Shown one piece after another: positions 21,990 through 32,045 of a DNA stretch of 64,000 nt. The first letter of the stretch is position 1; each line of letters opens with the position of its first letter. The position numbers and the translations under genes are program-made. The notes beneath the pieces are model-generated. The model searched no databases. It was not told the origin of the DNA and saw nothing but the letters and a program-made list of their open reading frames with translations. Origin of the DNA: a virus; IMG/VR virus record IMGVR_UViG_3300050343_000110; one strand, 5' to 3'.

Positions 21990-23210
21990 ATGTCAGAACT
22001 AGACAAGACAATTGAGGAACTAGAAGCGGAAGTTCAGGGCGAGCTTGAAGAAGCAGCTCAGGATGCCCCTAAAAAGGGTGCCGCAAAAGGCGAATCAATG
22101 GATAAGGTAGAGGGTGAAGTCCAAGACCTCGGCGGTGCCGGTGAAGAGTCAACAGAAGCAGAATCAGGTTCAGCAAAAGCTGGAGATAAGATGAAGAAGG
22201 CGACTGACGCTCAAACCAAAGGTGCAAAAGATGCCGGTGGTGCAGACACACCAACTAAAATCAAAGAACCTCTTGCTGCAGAAACCGAAATTGAACATGA
22301 CGGTGAAGCACTAGAGGAAAAAGCCATGACTAAATCAGAAATGCTTAATGCTATGGCGTCTAAGATGGAAATGATGAAAGCAAAAGAACTCAAAGCCATG
22401 TACAATAAAATGGAGATGATGGGCAAGGAAGAAGAAGAAGAGTCAGTGAAAGTTGACGAATCTACTCTTGACGAGCGCATTGCTTCAGTAGATGTGTCTG
22501 ATGATGTTTCTGCCCTCACAAAAGATGAGGAACTTTCTGAAGAATTCAAAGACAAAGCTGCTACAATTTTTGAAGCCGCTATTAAATCCAAACTTCGCTC
22601 TGAAGTCGAAAGAATTGAAGAAGATAAAGTTCAAGAAGTCGCTGAAGAAGTAAACAGAGTGCGTGATGAGTTGACTGAAAAGGTCGACAACTACATGAAC
22701 TATGTTGTAGAAGAGTGGATGAAAGAAAATGAAATCGCAATTGAGCGTGGACTCAAAGGCGAAATCGCAGAGGACTTTATCTCTGGACTGAAAGACTTGT
22801 TCGCAGAACATTACATTGACGTTCCAGATGAAAAGTACGACCTTCTAGGAACTCAGTCTGAAAAGATTGATGAATTGGAAGCAAAACTTAACGAACAAAT
22901 TGAAAAGAGTGCTGAGATGAAAAAATCACATGACGTTCTAGTTCGTGAAAGTGTTTTTGCAGAAGTTTCTTCTGACCTTGCTGCTACTGAAGTCGAGAAA
23001 TTTAAGTCTCTCGCAGAAGAAGTAGATTTTAGTAATGAAGAATCTTTCAAGGAAAAACTCGACCAGCTCAAGGAAAGTTATTTTCCAAAGGCAACAACTG
23101 TCGCTGAATCAGTAGACTCTGAAACAGATAGTTCAGAATCTTTCGATACAACTGGTGCAATGGCCGCTTACATGGCTGCAATCAGTACAAATGTAAAGCG
23201 GGCGAAATAA
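21990..23210 (+). CDS. gp22: prohead core/scaffold gp22
   Basis: LSEEFKDKAATIFEAA, YVVEEWMKENEIAIERG, LKESYF. Confidence 0.92.
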   Translation: MSELDKTIEELEAEVQGELEEAAQDAPKKGAAKGESMDKVEGEVQDLGGAGEESTEAESGSAKAGDKMKKATDAQTKGAKDAGGADTPTKIKEPLAAETEIEHDGEALEEKAMTKSEMLNAMASKMEMMKAKELKAMYNKMEMMGKEEEEESVKVDESTLDERIASVDVSDDVSALTKDEELSEEFKDKAATIFEAAIKSKLRSEVERIEEDKVQEVAEEVNRVRDELTEKVDNYMNYVVEEWMKENEIAIERGLKGEIAEDFISGLKDLFAEHYIDVPDEKYDLLGTQSEKIDELEAKLNEQIEKSAEMKKSHDVLVRESVFAEVSSDLAATEVEKFKSLAEEVDFSNEESFKEKLDQLKESYFPKATTVAESVDSETDSSESFDTTGAMAAYMAAISTNVKRAK

Positions 23211-23230
23211 AAGCTAAGAAATTAGTTTTT

Positions 23231-23238
23231 TATAAATA
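23231..23238 (+). promoter_or_regulatory. T4-type late promoter TATAAATA
   Basis: Upstream of gp23. Confidence 0.8.
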
Positions 23239-23269
23239 TTATAAGAAAACTCAATAAGGAGAAACTAAA

Positions 23270-24591
23270 ATGTTCAAAACAGAACATCTACAGGAAAAGT
23301 GGGCACCAGTACTAGAGCACAACGATCTTCCAGAGATCAATGACTCTTATCGTAAGGCTGTCACCACTGTAATCCTAGAAAACCAAGAAAAGGCTCTCAA
23401 TGAGGACAGAGGTTTCCTCGGCGAAGCAGCCCCAACAAACGCAACAGGTTCAGCTGTTGACAATTGGGATCCGATACCTCATCTCCCTCGTAAGACGGGC
23501 GATGCCTAACCTTATCGCATATGATATTGCTGGTGTTCAGCCAATGACTGGCCCAACAGGACTTATCTTTGCAATGAGATCACGTTACAAGGCTCAGAAC
23601 GGTACTGAGAACCAGTACGCAGAACCAGAATCAGCATTCTCTGGTGCCGCAGCAAACACTAACATCCCAGGCTCTGCCGGTACTTCATCTAACGGTGAAA
23701 CTAACCCAGCAGTTCTTAACGATGGTTCGCCAGGCGCATATACTGCTGATGGTGGTATGACTACTGCAACTGCTGAAGCATTGGGTGATGCGTCAAACAA
23801 TGCATTCGCTGAAATGGCATTCTCAATCGAGAAAAACACCGTTGAAGCAAAGTCAAGAGCTCTTAAAGCCGAGTACACAATGGAACTCGCACAAGACCTT
23901 AAAGCAATTCATGGTTTGGATGCAGAAACAGAATTGGCAAACATCTTGTCATCTGAAATTCTTGCTGAAATCAACCGTGAAGTTGTCCGTACAATCTATG
24001 TAACTGCTAAGCCAGGCGCACAGACTGATACTGCAACTTCTGGTATCTTCGACATGGACGTTGATTCAAACGGCCGTTGGAGTGTTGAGAAGTTTAAAGG
24101 ACTTATGTTCCAAGTTGAGCGTGATGCCAACGCAATTGCACAAGAGACACGCAGAGGAAAAGGTAACATGATTATCTGTTCTTCAGATGTTGCTTCTGCA
24201 CTGCAAATGGCTGGTGTACTTGATTACACACCTGCTCTTAACAACAACTTGAATGTTGACGATGCTGGTAACACTTTCGCTGGTGTTCTTAACGGACGTT
24301 ACAAAGTGTTTATCGAACCCATATGCTGCAAACGGTGCTGCAAAACAGTACTACACTGTAGGTTATAAGGGTACTTCACCTTACGATGCAGGTCTGTTCT
24401 ACTGCCCATACGTTCCACTTCAGATGGTTCGTGCAGTGGGTGAGAACAACTTCCAGCCTAAAATTGGTTTCAAGACTCGTTACGGTCTTACTGCAAACCC
24501 ATTTGCTGGTGGTGCAACAGTACGCTCTGGCGCACTTACTGCCAACGACAACGTATATTACAGAAGAGTACAAGTTACAAACATCATGTAA
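23270..24591 (+). CDS. gp23: major capsid protein gp23 (indels near 23480 and 24318)
   Basis: EKWAPVLEH, GVQPMTGPTGLIFAMRSRY, ELAQDLKAIHGLDAE, FQPKIGFKTRYG. Confidence 0.97.
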
Positions 24592-24618
24592 TAAGAGTTG
24601 TTTCAACAACCGAAACTC

Positions 24619-24646
24619 AAGGGGAGCAGAAATGCTCCCCTTTTTT
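24619..24646 (+). terminator. Rho-independent terminator after gp23
   Basis: AAGGGGAGCA-GAAA-TGCTCCCCTT followed by a T-run. Confidence 0.9.
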
Positions 24647-24649
24647 CTT

Positions 24650-24657
24650 TATAAATA
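24650..24657 (+). promoter_or_regulatory. T4-type late promoter TATAAATA
   Basis: Between the terminator and gp3. Confidence 0.8.
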
Positions 24658-24675
24658 GTATAAAGGAAGAACACT

Positions 24676-25257
24676 ATGGCAAAAATAAATCCGTTACAAA
24701 GACAACCTTCTAACATGGACTTTGCAAGTCCTACGCAGTTTAGGTTTACATTGTTGAAGATACCTAACGTAGAGTATTTTACAACAAACGTAAATATCCC
24801 TGGCATAAGTTTTACAGGTGATGCATCTATTAATACACGTTTTAAATCTATTGCGTTCATGGGTGACACTATGGACTTTGAAGATTTGAGTATTACGTTT
24901 TTAGTAAATGAAGATTTGTCTAACTATCGTGAAATCCACGATTGGATGATTGGTATTGGTTTTCCTAAAAATAACGAACAATTCACTTCGGCTATCGCAT
25001 CAGAGGCACAAACAAATCCTGGCGAACCTTCAATAAACACACAAAGAAAGAGTGTGGGTAAACCATCAGTATTGATGAGTGATGCAACACTTACTATTCT
25101 AACCAACAAAAACAATCCAAAGGTAAGAGTAAACTTTTCTAACTGTTTCCCAACAACCCTTACTGGTATTGACTATAATACACAAGTTACAGATACAGAG
25201 CAGTTGACTGCAACTGTTACACTGAAATATGACTTGTACGAATTTGAAAGCATATAA
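24676..25257 (+). CDS. gp3: tail completion/tube terminator gp3
   Basis: SPTQFRF, FLVNEDLSNYREIHDWMIG, SDATLTIL, FPTTL; position after gp23. Confidence 0.85.
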   Translation: MAKINPLQRQPSNMDFASPTQFRFTLLKIPNVEYFTTNVNIPGISFTGDASINTRFKSIAFMGDTMDFEDLSITFLVNEDLSNYREIHDWMIGIGFPKNNEQFTSAIASEAQTNPGEPSINTQRKSVGKPSVLMSDATLTILTNKNNPKVRVNFSNCFPTTLTGIDYNTQVTDTEQLTATVTLKYDLYEFESI

Positions 25258-25260
25258 ATA
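25253..25260 (+). promoter_or_regulatory. T4-type late promoter TATAAATA
   Basis: Upstream of the structured uvsY leader. Confidence 0.7.
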
Positions 25261-25264
25261 TACC

Positions 25265-25351
25265 GAGCAGAAAATGGTTGACTTGGACACCCTTTTTTGA
25301 GGCTCTTTCGTAGAGACAATATAGTAACGCAAGTTACAACCCACTCTGCTC
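25265..25351 (+). ncRNA. putative structured RNA / uvsY 5' leader
   Basis: Closing stem GAGCAGA/TCTGCTC, GGTTG/CAACC, internal hairpins CTCT-TTCGT-AGAG and GTAAC-GCAA-GTTAC. Confidence 0.45.
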
Positions 25352-25372
25352 ACTTTATACTATGGAGATATA

Positions 25373-25802
25373 ATGAAACTAGATGAACTTCAGCAAATGG
25401 CTGAGATTGACATGAAACAGGATGACTTAGAACTCGCAGATGAGTCTTTAAGAAACGCATCCCTTCACCAAAAATATCTTAATCACCTAAATCACTACAA
25501 ACAACTTCTCATTATGAAGAGGGGTGAATATAATATTCTTAAAAGAAAAAAGTGGGAATATTATTCAGGTAAATCTGACCCCTGAAGTGTATCGTGATAA
25601 TCCATTCGATCATAAAATATTAAAAGCGGATTTGCATATCTACCTAGATTCGGATAAAGAAATGGTAGAGATGAAACAACTCATAGAATATTATGAGATG
25701 TGTGTATCTACTTGTGAATCTATTATGAAGAATGTTTCTGATAGACAGTGGAATATTAAGAACGCAATTGCTTGGCGTAAGTTTGTAGATGGTGCGATTT
25801 AG
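25373..25802 (+). CDS. uvsY: recombination mediator UvsY (indel near 25580)
   Basis: ESLRNASLHQKY, KWEYYSGK, WNIKNAIAWRKF. Confidence 0.9.
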
Positions 25803-27274
25803 TGACATCAATCTCTAAGAAAAATGAGGTTTTTCTAAGGGTAGAGACTGAACCATCTGTTGCAAGGATGTTATCAGATTACTTTACCTTTGAAGTGCCA
25901 GGCGCTAGATTTATGCCTGCATATAGAAATAGGATTTGGGATGGAAAGATAAGACTTTTTTCTCCAGCCAATGGAGAATTGTATATTGGACTATTACCCT
26001 ACCTAACAAAATATCTAGATGATTTTGAAGAAGATTATACTATAAGTGAGGACTTACAAGATGAAAAACAAATCGACAGACAGATATTGGATGGATTCAT
26101 ACGCAGCCTTAGACTTCGATCCAATGGAAGAGGAATTAAACCTCGTGACTATCAAGTGGCTGCAGTGGAGTACGCAATTAGAAAACATCGTGCTTTGCTC
26201 CTTAGCCCTACTGCTTCGGGCAAATCTTTAATAATCTACATTCTGATACGATATTATGATATGTTGTTGTCAGAGACAGAACAAGATAAGATACTAATAC
26301 TTGTTCCCACAACATCTTTGGTTGAACAAATGCATTCTGACTTTATTGATTATGGATGGTTAGAAGCATATATGCAAAAAGTATATAGTGGGTATGATAG
26401 AAAAGTAGAAAAGAAACTTGTAATATCCACATGGCAATCTTTGTATAAAATGCCCAAGAGTTACTTTGAACAATTCGGTTGTGTAATTGGTGACGAGGCC
26501 CATTTATTTAAATCAAAATCCTTAACATCTATTCTAACTAAACTACATTTATGTAAGTATCGTTTTGGATTGACAGGTACACTAGACGGTATGCAAACCC
26601 ATCGACTTGTATTAGAAGGCCTGTTCGGCAGTCTAAATAAAGTTATTACCACAAAAGAACTAATTGACAAGAAAACTCTTGCAGATTTTTCAATTAAAGC
26701 ATTAGTTTTATCTTACCCAGAAAATGAATGCAAGTTAGTGAAAGATATGAACTATCAAGATGAGGTAGATTATATTGTACGTCACACAGAAAGAAATAAA
26801 TTTATTTTGGGGTTGACAAAGACAATAAAAGGTAATACATTAGTACTATTTCAATTTGTAGAGAAACACGGTTCTGTTCTATATGATATGATGAAAGACT
26901 TAGATAGAAAAGTTTTCTATGTGCATGGTGGAACAGATACCCAAACAAGGGAAGATATTCGTGCGATTACTGAGAAAGAAAATAATGCGATTATTGTTGC
27001 ATCCTATGGTACTTTTTCTACTGGCATTAATATTCGTAATCTACACAACATCGTGTTCTCTAGTCCTTCCAAAAGTCGTATCAGAGTTTTGCAGTCAATC
27101 GGAAGAGGCTTGCGAGTTGGAGATACTAAAGATACCGCTACCCTATTCGACATAAGTGATGACTTTACCCACAAGTCAAAGCGTAATTTTACATTGAATC
27201 ACTTTTTAGAAAGAATAAATATATACAATGAAGAGCAGTTTGATTATGAAATCAAAAGGATAAAAATGAAATGA
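25802..27274 (+). CDS. uvsW: SF2 helicase UvsW
   Basis: SPTASGKS, DEAH, GLTGT, LQSIGRGLR. Confidence 0.95.
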   Translation: MTSISKKNEVFLRVETEPSVARMLSDYFTFEVPGARFMPAYRNRIWDGKIRLFSPANGELYIGLLPYLTKYLDDFEEDYTISEDLQDEKQIDRQILDGFIRSLRLRSNGRGIKPRDYQVAAVEYAIRKHRALLLSPTASGKSLIIYILIRYYDMLLSETEQDKILILVPTTSLVEQMHSDFIDYGWLEAYMQKVYSGYDRKVEKKLVISTWQSLYKMPKSYFEQFGCVIGDEAHLFKSKSLTSILTKLHLCKYRFGLTGTLDGMQTHRLVLEGLFGSLNKVITTKELIDKKTLADFSIKALVLSYPENECKLVKDMNYQDEVDYIVRHTERNKFILGLTKTIKGNTLVLFQFVEKHGSVLYDMMKDLDRKVFYVHGGTDTQTREDIRAITEKENNAIIVASYGTFSTGINIRNLHNIVFSSPSKSRIRVLQSIGRGLRVGDTKDTATLFDISDDFTHKSKRNFTLNHFLERINIYNEEQFDYEIKRIKMK

Positions 27275-27663
27275 TTCACGATACAAAAATATTAAAATTA
27301 TCAAGTGGTGAGGAAATCATATGCAAGGTGGTTCACCAACCAGAGAATGATTATATGAGTCTTGTGCAACCAATGAAATTAAATTCTTATCCAAAGGCTA
27401 CTAAGCATGGACTTGAAGAAGCACTATCTCTACAAAGGTGGATTCATTTTGCAGAAACAGATACCTTTGATGTTGCAAAATCTCAAGTTCTGGTATTAAC
27501 AGAAGCCTCTCTAGGCTTAGTAAAATTTTATGAGTACTGTGTTAAGAAAGCAAAGTGGGAAGAAGATGAAGTTCTAGCCCCATCCAATCAAGAGTTAAAT
27601 GATATTGAAAATGAAGAAATGTGGGAAGAGTTTGGTGAACCTGACTCTAGTACTATACATTAG
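27271..27663 (+). CDS. conserved hypothetical protein (Sm-like)
   Basis: KLSSGEEIIC; usual position between uvsW and gp55. Confidence 0.55.
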   Translation: MIHDTKILKLSSGEEIICKVVHQPENDYMSLVQPMKLNSYPKATKHGLEEALSLQRWIHFAETDTFDVAKSQVLVLTEASLGLVKFYEYCVKKAKWEEDEVLAPSNQELNDIENEEMWEEFGEPDSSTIH

Positions 27664-27692
27664 ATCTATCTATTCTCAAACCCAGCATAGCT

Positions 27693-27721
27693 GTTATACC
27701 AAGTTGTCAAGGGCTTGTCAA
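27693..27721 (-). promoter_or_regulatory. sigma70-like antisense promoter
   Basis: Minus strand TTGACA-N17-TATAAC with an extended -10 TG. Confidence 0.55.
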
Positions 27722-27757
27722 TAACTTTTTGAAATTAAATGAATATTAATTTATCTA

Positions 27758-27786
27758 TTGACAATTGAATCAAGATATAGTATTAT
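27758..27786 (+). promoter_or_regulatory. sigma70-like early/middle promoter of gp55
   Basis: TTGACA-N17-TATTAT. Confidence 0.7.
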
Positions 27787-27830
27787 GTATCTACTAATCG
27801 CATAAAAGCGATAAATTATGTGGAGTTATT

Positions 27831-28376
27831 ATGGCTAAAAGAAAAACAGGAGTGCATTATGTAAACAATGCACAATTCCTAGAAGCAATGAAAGAATGGA
27901 AAGATCGTTGCAAAGAAGCTGAGGAACTAGGTGAACCACAACCACCAGTGACTAACTATATTGGTGAATGCTTCTTAAAAATTGCAAACCATCTTTCTTA
28001 CAGACCAAATTTTATTAATTATACCTATAGAGATGAAATGATTTCAGACGGTATTGAGAATTGTCTACAATACTGTGGCAACTTCAATCCAGAGAAATCA
28101 AACAATCCATTTGCGTATTTTACACAGATTATCTATTACGCATTCATTCGTAGAATTCAAAAAGAAAAGAAACAACAACACATTCGTCACAAAGTAATTG
28201 AGAATATGAATGTTGATATTCTTGCAGTTGGTGAGGATATGGAACAGGCACAGTTTGTGGAGTATCTACAGAAGAACTTCCTACCAGCCGAAGATGTTTA
28301 TAAACCTAAGAAGAAAAAGAAAACTGAACCTAAAGGACTAGAGAAATTTTACGATGAAGATAGCGCTGATAACTGA
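27831..28376 (+). CDS. gp55: late sigma factor gp55
   Basis: HYVNNAQF, YTYRDEMISDGIENC, NPFAYFTQIIYYAF. Confidence 0.96.
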   Translation: MAKRKTGVHYVNNAQFLEAMKEWKDRCKEAEELGEPQPPVTNYIGECFLKIANHLSYRPNFINYTYRDEMISDGIENCLQYCGNFNPEKSNNPFAYFTQIIYYAFIRRIQKEKKQQHIRHKVIENMNVDILAVGEDMEQAQFVEYLQKNFLPAEDVYKPKKKKKTEPKGLEKFYDEDSADN

Positions 28377-29430
28377 TACCCACTTTGGCGCTCGCAATGA
28401 TAATCTAGCATTCAACGAATACTTCTACAAGTTTTGGGAGAATACTTTCTTCCCTTATCTTGACGAACATAAGATTGATACGATTATCCATCTTGGTGAT
28501 TTGATGGACAGACGTAAGTTTGTATCCTATAAAATTGCAAAAGATTTGCGTGAGCGTTTTATCCTTCCTATTGTATCTAGAGGAATCAAGATGCACGTTA
28601 TGGCAGGAAACCATGATACCTATTATAAGAACACCAATGAGATTAACTCTCTCTACGAACTACTAGGTGGGCCAGGAGAAGAAAAATATTCTGGTATTGA
28701 ATGTTATGATGGCCCATGTACCCAAGAGTTTGATGGAACAGGGATTCACTTTATGCCGTGGATTTGTTCTGATAACTACGAGCGTTCTATGAGAAGTATT
28801 CAATCAACCTATGCACAAGTTTGTATGGGGCATTTTGAAATCAATGGATTTGAAATGCATAAAGGACACTTCTCAGAAAACGGTTACGATAAGAAGTTTC
28901 TAAATAAGTTCGATACTGTGTTCTCTGGACACTTCCATAAGAAGTCTGATGATGGCCATGTATATTATCTTGGTAACACATACCAGATGACTTGGAGTGA
29001 TGATGGTTGTCAGAAAGGTTTCCATATCTTTGACACCAACACCAGAGAACTAGAACGTATCGTCAATCCTTACACTATATTTGAAAAAGTATATTATGAT
29101 GATACTACTACAAATTATAATGACTTTGACATCTTGACATTAAGAGATAAGTTTGTTAAAATAGTAGTAGTAAATAAAAAAGACTTGTATCAATTCGATA
29201 GATTCATTGATAAAGTCCTTGGTGAATCTGGAGCCCATGAGGTAAAGATTGTAGAGGACTTCAGTGATTTAGATGCATCGAATGTTGATGATGCAATCAT
29301 TGAGAATGCAGAGGACACTATGACTCTGTTAGAGCGCTACATTGATGAACTTGATGTAGATTTGAATAAGAAAAGATTGACTAGTATGATGAAGTCACTT
29401 TATGTAGAAGCGAGCGACTTGGAACTTTGA
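28354..29430 (+). CDS. gp47: recombination nuclease gp47 (Mre11-like)
   Basis: DTHFG, LGDLMD, GNHD, SGHFH. Confidence 0.95.
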   Translation: MKIALITDTHFGARNDNLAFNEYFYKFWENTFFPYLDEHKIDTIIHLGDLMDRRKFVSYKIAKDLRERFILPIVSRGIKMHVMAGNHDTYYKNTNEINSLYELLGGPGEEKYSGIECYDGPCTQEFDGTGIHFMPWICSDNYERSMRSIQSTYAQVCMGHFEINGFEMHKGHFSENGYDKKFLNKFDTVFSGHFHKKSDDGHVYYLGNTYQMTWSDDGCQKGFHIFDTNTRELERIVNPYTIFEKVYYDDTTTNYNDFDILTLRDKFVKIVVVNKKDLYQFDRFIDKVLGESGAHEVKIVEDFSDLDASNVDDAIIENAEDTMTLLERYIDELDVDLNKKRLTSMMKSLYVEASDLEL

Positions 29431-31133
29431 TTACATTTAATAAAGTACGGTGGAAGAACTTTCTATCCACTGGAAATCAATTCACTGAAATACAGTTGGA
29501 CTATGCTCCAACTACGTTAATTATTGGGGAAAACGGAGCCGGTAAGTCTACTATTCTGGATGCGCTTTGTTTTGTCCTGTTCAATAAACCTTTTCGTAAT
29601 ATCTCAAAATCACAACTCGTGAACTCTGTTAATGGTAATGGTACTATCGTTGAGGTAGAGTTTAATGTGAACAATAAAGATGTGAAGGTTGTTCGTGGTA
29701 TCAAACCAAACAAGTTTGAAGTTTGGATTGGTGGTACTATGATAAACCAAGACGCAAATGCAAGGGATTATCAGAAACATCTAGAACAACAAATCTTAGG
29801 ATTGAACTATCGTTCTTTCACACAGGTTGTTATTCTTGGTTCATCTACCTTTGTTCCTTTCATGCAGTTGTCTACAAAGGCTCGCCGTGAGGTTGTCGAG
29901 GATATCCTAGATATCAAGATTTTCTCACTGATGAACTTTCTTCTCAAGAACAAGAATAAGTCTCTTGCAGAGGATATTCGTGATGTTCAGTATAACTTTG
30001 ACTTAACAAAAGAAAAGGTTACATTACAAGAAAAATTTATTAAAGAAGTTGTAAACAATAAGTCTGCTATTATTGCAGAGAACCAACAGAAGTTATGGGA
30101 TAATAAAAGCACTATTGACTTCAGAAGAGATGATGTGAAAGCATTAGAGATTGATAACGAAAATCTATCTTATGATGCAGAAGAGAAAGCAAAACTAGAA
30201 CAGAAACTAAAGAAACTAACTCAAACAGAAGCAGCCCTTCAGAACAGGAAATCTGAGCATGACCGTCAAATCAAATTTTTCAAGGACAACGATGAATGCC
30301 CGTCTTGCGAACAGCCGATTACAGAATCAACTAAGCAGACGCAGATTGAATCCAGAACCACAAAAATCGGAGACATCGAAAACGGTATCGCAGATTTACA
30401 AAGAATGGAATCAGAAGAACAAGACAGACTCCAATCAATCTTAGTAGACTTAGAAACTATTCGTAAGAATGATGTTGAGAGGGCCAAAATACTTTCCTCT
30501 ATTGCAGAGTTGGAAAAGTTCAATGCAAAACTAGAAAAAGATATTGAGGCATATCAAAACGGTTCTGTGTCAGAAGAAGATAAGATAAAACTTGCAGAAC
30601 TAAAAGGACAGATAAAGTCGATTGAAGAACAAAAGACTAAGTTGAATGAAGATAAGTTTTACATTGATGTTGCTCGTAATCTTTTACAAGATAGTGGCAT
30701 CAAGACAAAGATTGTAAAACAGTATCTACCAATTATGAATAAGTTGGTAAACACATATCTATCATCTATGGATTTCTTTGTTAACTTTAATATTGATGAG
30801 AACTTCAATGAAACAATCAAGTCACGTTTCAGAGATGAGTTCTCTTATGCATCATTCTCAGAAGGTGAGAAGATGCGAATTGATTTGGCACTTCTATTTA
30901 CATGGAGAGCCATTGCAAAGATGAAAAACTCTACGAATACGAATCTACTAATACTAGATGAGATATTTGATTCATCTTTGGATAACACTGGTACTGATGA
31001 TTTTCTAAAGATTTTGAATACATTTGACCAACAGAATGTATTTGTCATATCACACAAACAGGATATGTTGTTTGATAAGTTTAGAAACATTATTCAGTTT
31101 AAGAAAGAGAAAAACTTTAGTAGGATGGTATAA
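29427..31133 (+). CDS. gp46: recombination ATPase gp46 (Rad50-like)
   Basis: GENGAGKST, CPSC zinc hook, FSEGEKMRIDLA, LILDEIFD. Confidence 0.96.
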   Translation: MITFNKVRWKNFLSTGNQFTEIQLDYAPTTLIIGENGAGKSTILDALCFVLFNKPFRNISKSQLVNSVNGNGTIVEVEFNVNNKDVKVVRGIKPNKFEVWIGGTMINQDANARDYQKHLEQQILGLNYRSFTQVVILGSSTFVPFMQLSTKARREVVEDILDIKIFSLMNFLLKNKNKSLAEDIRDVQYNFDLTKEKVTLQEKFIKEVVNNKSAIIAENQQKLWDNKSTIDFRRDDVKALEIDNENLSYDAEEKAKLEQKLKKLTQTEAALQNRKSEHDRQIKFFKDNDECPSCEQPITESTKQTQIESRTTKIGDIENGIADLQRMESEEQDRLQSILVDLETIRKNDVERAKILSSIAELEKFNAKLEKDIEAYQNGSVSEEDKIKLAELKGQIKSIEEQKTKLNEDKFYIDVARNLLQDSGIKTKIVKQYLPIMNKLVNTYLSSMDFFVNFNIDENFNETIKSRFRDEFSYASFSEGEKMRIDLALLFTWRAIAKMKNSTNTNLLILDEIFDSSLDNTGTDDFLKILNTFDQQNVFVISHKQDMLFDKFRNIIQFKKEKNFSRMV

Positions 31134-31444
31134 TGGATCAAAGTGAACGGTTTAAAGAATTACTAGAAGAAATGAAAAAGACACACGATGCAAAGCGTCA
31201 CGACTATGCAAGTGTGGAAGATGTGTTTGCAAACTTTAGAACCTGTGAGATGGGTGGTATCCCAGCATGGAAGGGATGTTGTGTTCGACTAGGAGACAAG
31301 TTCAGCCGTATTATGGGTTTTGCAAAGAAAGAACTACTTGAGGTTAAAGATGAGAGTATCAAGGATACACTTATTGACATGGCCAATTATGCTTTGATAG
31401 CATTAATTCTTTATGAGGAATATAAGGATGGGAAAAAGAAGTGA
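31133..31444 (+). CDS. nucleotide-modification-associated domain 1 (DUF1599-like) protein
   Basis: KRHDYA..D.FANF, RLGDKFSRI, ESIKDTLIDMANYA. Confidence 0.7.
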   Translation: MDQSERFKELLEEMKKTHDAKRHDYASVEDVFANFRTCEMGGIPAWKGCCVRLGDKFSRIMGFAKKELLEVKDESIKDTLIDMANYALIALILYEEYKDGKKK

Positions 31445-31952
31445 TTTTGAGAGGGTGGAAAGAGATTTCTACCCTACTCCTATAGAGGCAGTAAGGCCTC
31501 TTGTTCCCCACTTACCAAAGACAGGATTGTTTGCAGAACCTTGTGCCGGTGACGGTAGACTGATTCGACACATAGAACAACTGACAAAACTGTTAGGGTA
31601 CTGGATGACTGACATAGAACCTATGGCAGACTTTGTTGGTGATGGTGATGCAATGACTGATAAGATTGTAGGATGTGATGTTTGCATAACAAACCCACCT
31701 TGGAATCGTAAGATACTACACCCCCTTATCGTAAATCTATCTGACCAGTTACCAACTTGGTTACTCTTTGATGCAGATTGGATGCATACGAAACAAAGTA
31801 TAGAATTCATGCCTAGGTTGAGGAAGGTAGTCAGCATCGGCCGTGTGAAGTGGATAGAAGGTAGTAAGAGTACAGGTAAGGACAATTGTTGTTGGTATCT
31901 GTTCGATAAACCAGATGGTGAATGGCCAACACAATTTTTTGGAAGAAACTGA
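31428..31952 (+). CDS. small N6-adenine/N4-cytosine DNA methyltransferase-like protein
   Basis: DFYPTP, motif I EPCAGDG, motif IV TNPPW. Confidence 0.75.
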   Translation: MGKRSDFERVERDFYPTPIEAVRPLVPHLPKTGLFAEPCAGDGRLIRHIEQLTKLLGYWMTDIEPMADFVGDGDAMTDKIVGCDVCITNPPWNRKILHPLIVNLSDQLPTWLLFDADWMHTKQSIEFMPRLRKVVSIGRVKWIEGSKSTGKDNCCWYLFDKPDGEWPTQFFGRN

Positions 31953-31972
31953 AAAAAAGTTATAAAAACATC

Positions 31973-32001
31973 TTGACTTTTGTTATAAGAACGTATATAC
32001 T
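31973..32001 (+). promoter_or_regulatory. sigma70-like early promoter
   Basis: A-rich UP element plus TTGACT-N17-TATACT. Confidence 0.75.
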
Positions 32002-32045
32002 GTATAAGTAAAGTGAGAAAACAAAGTCGTTAGGAGACAAATATT

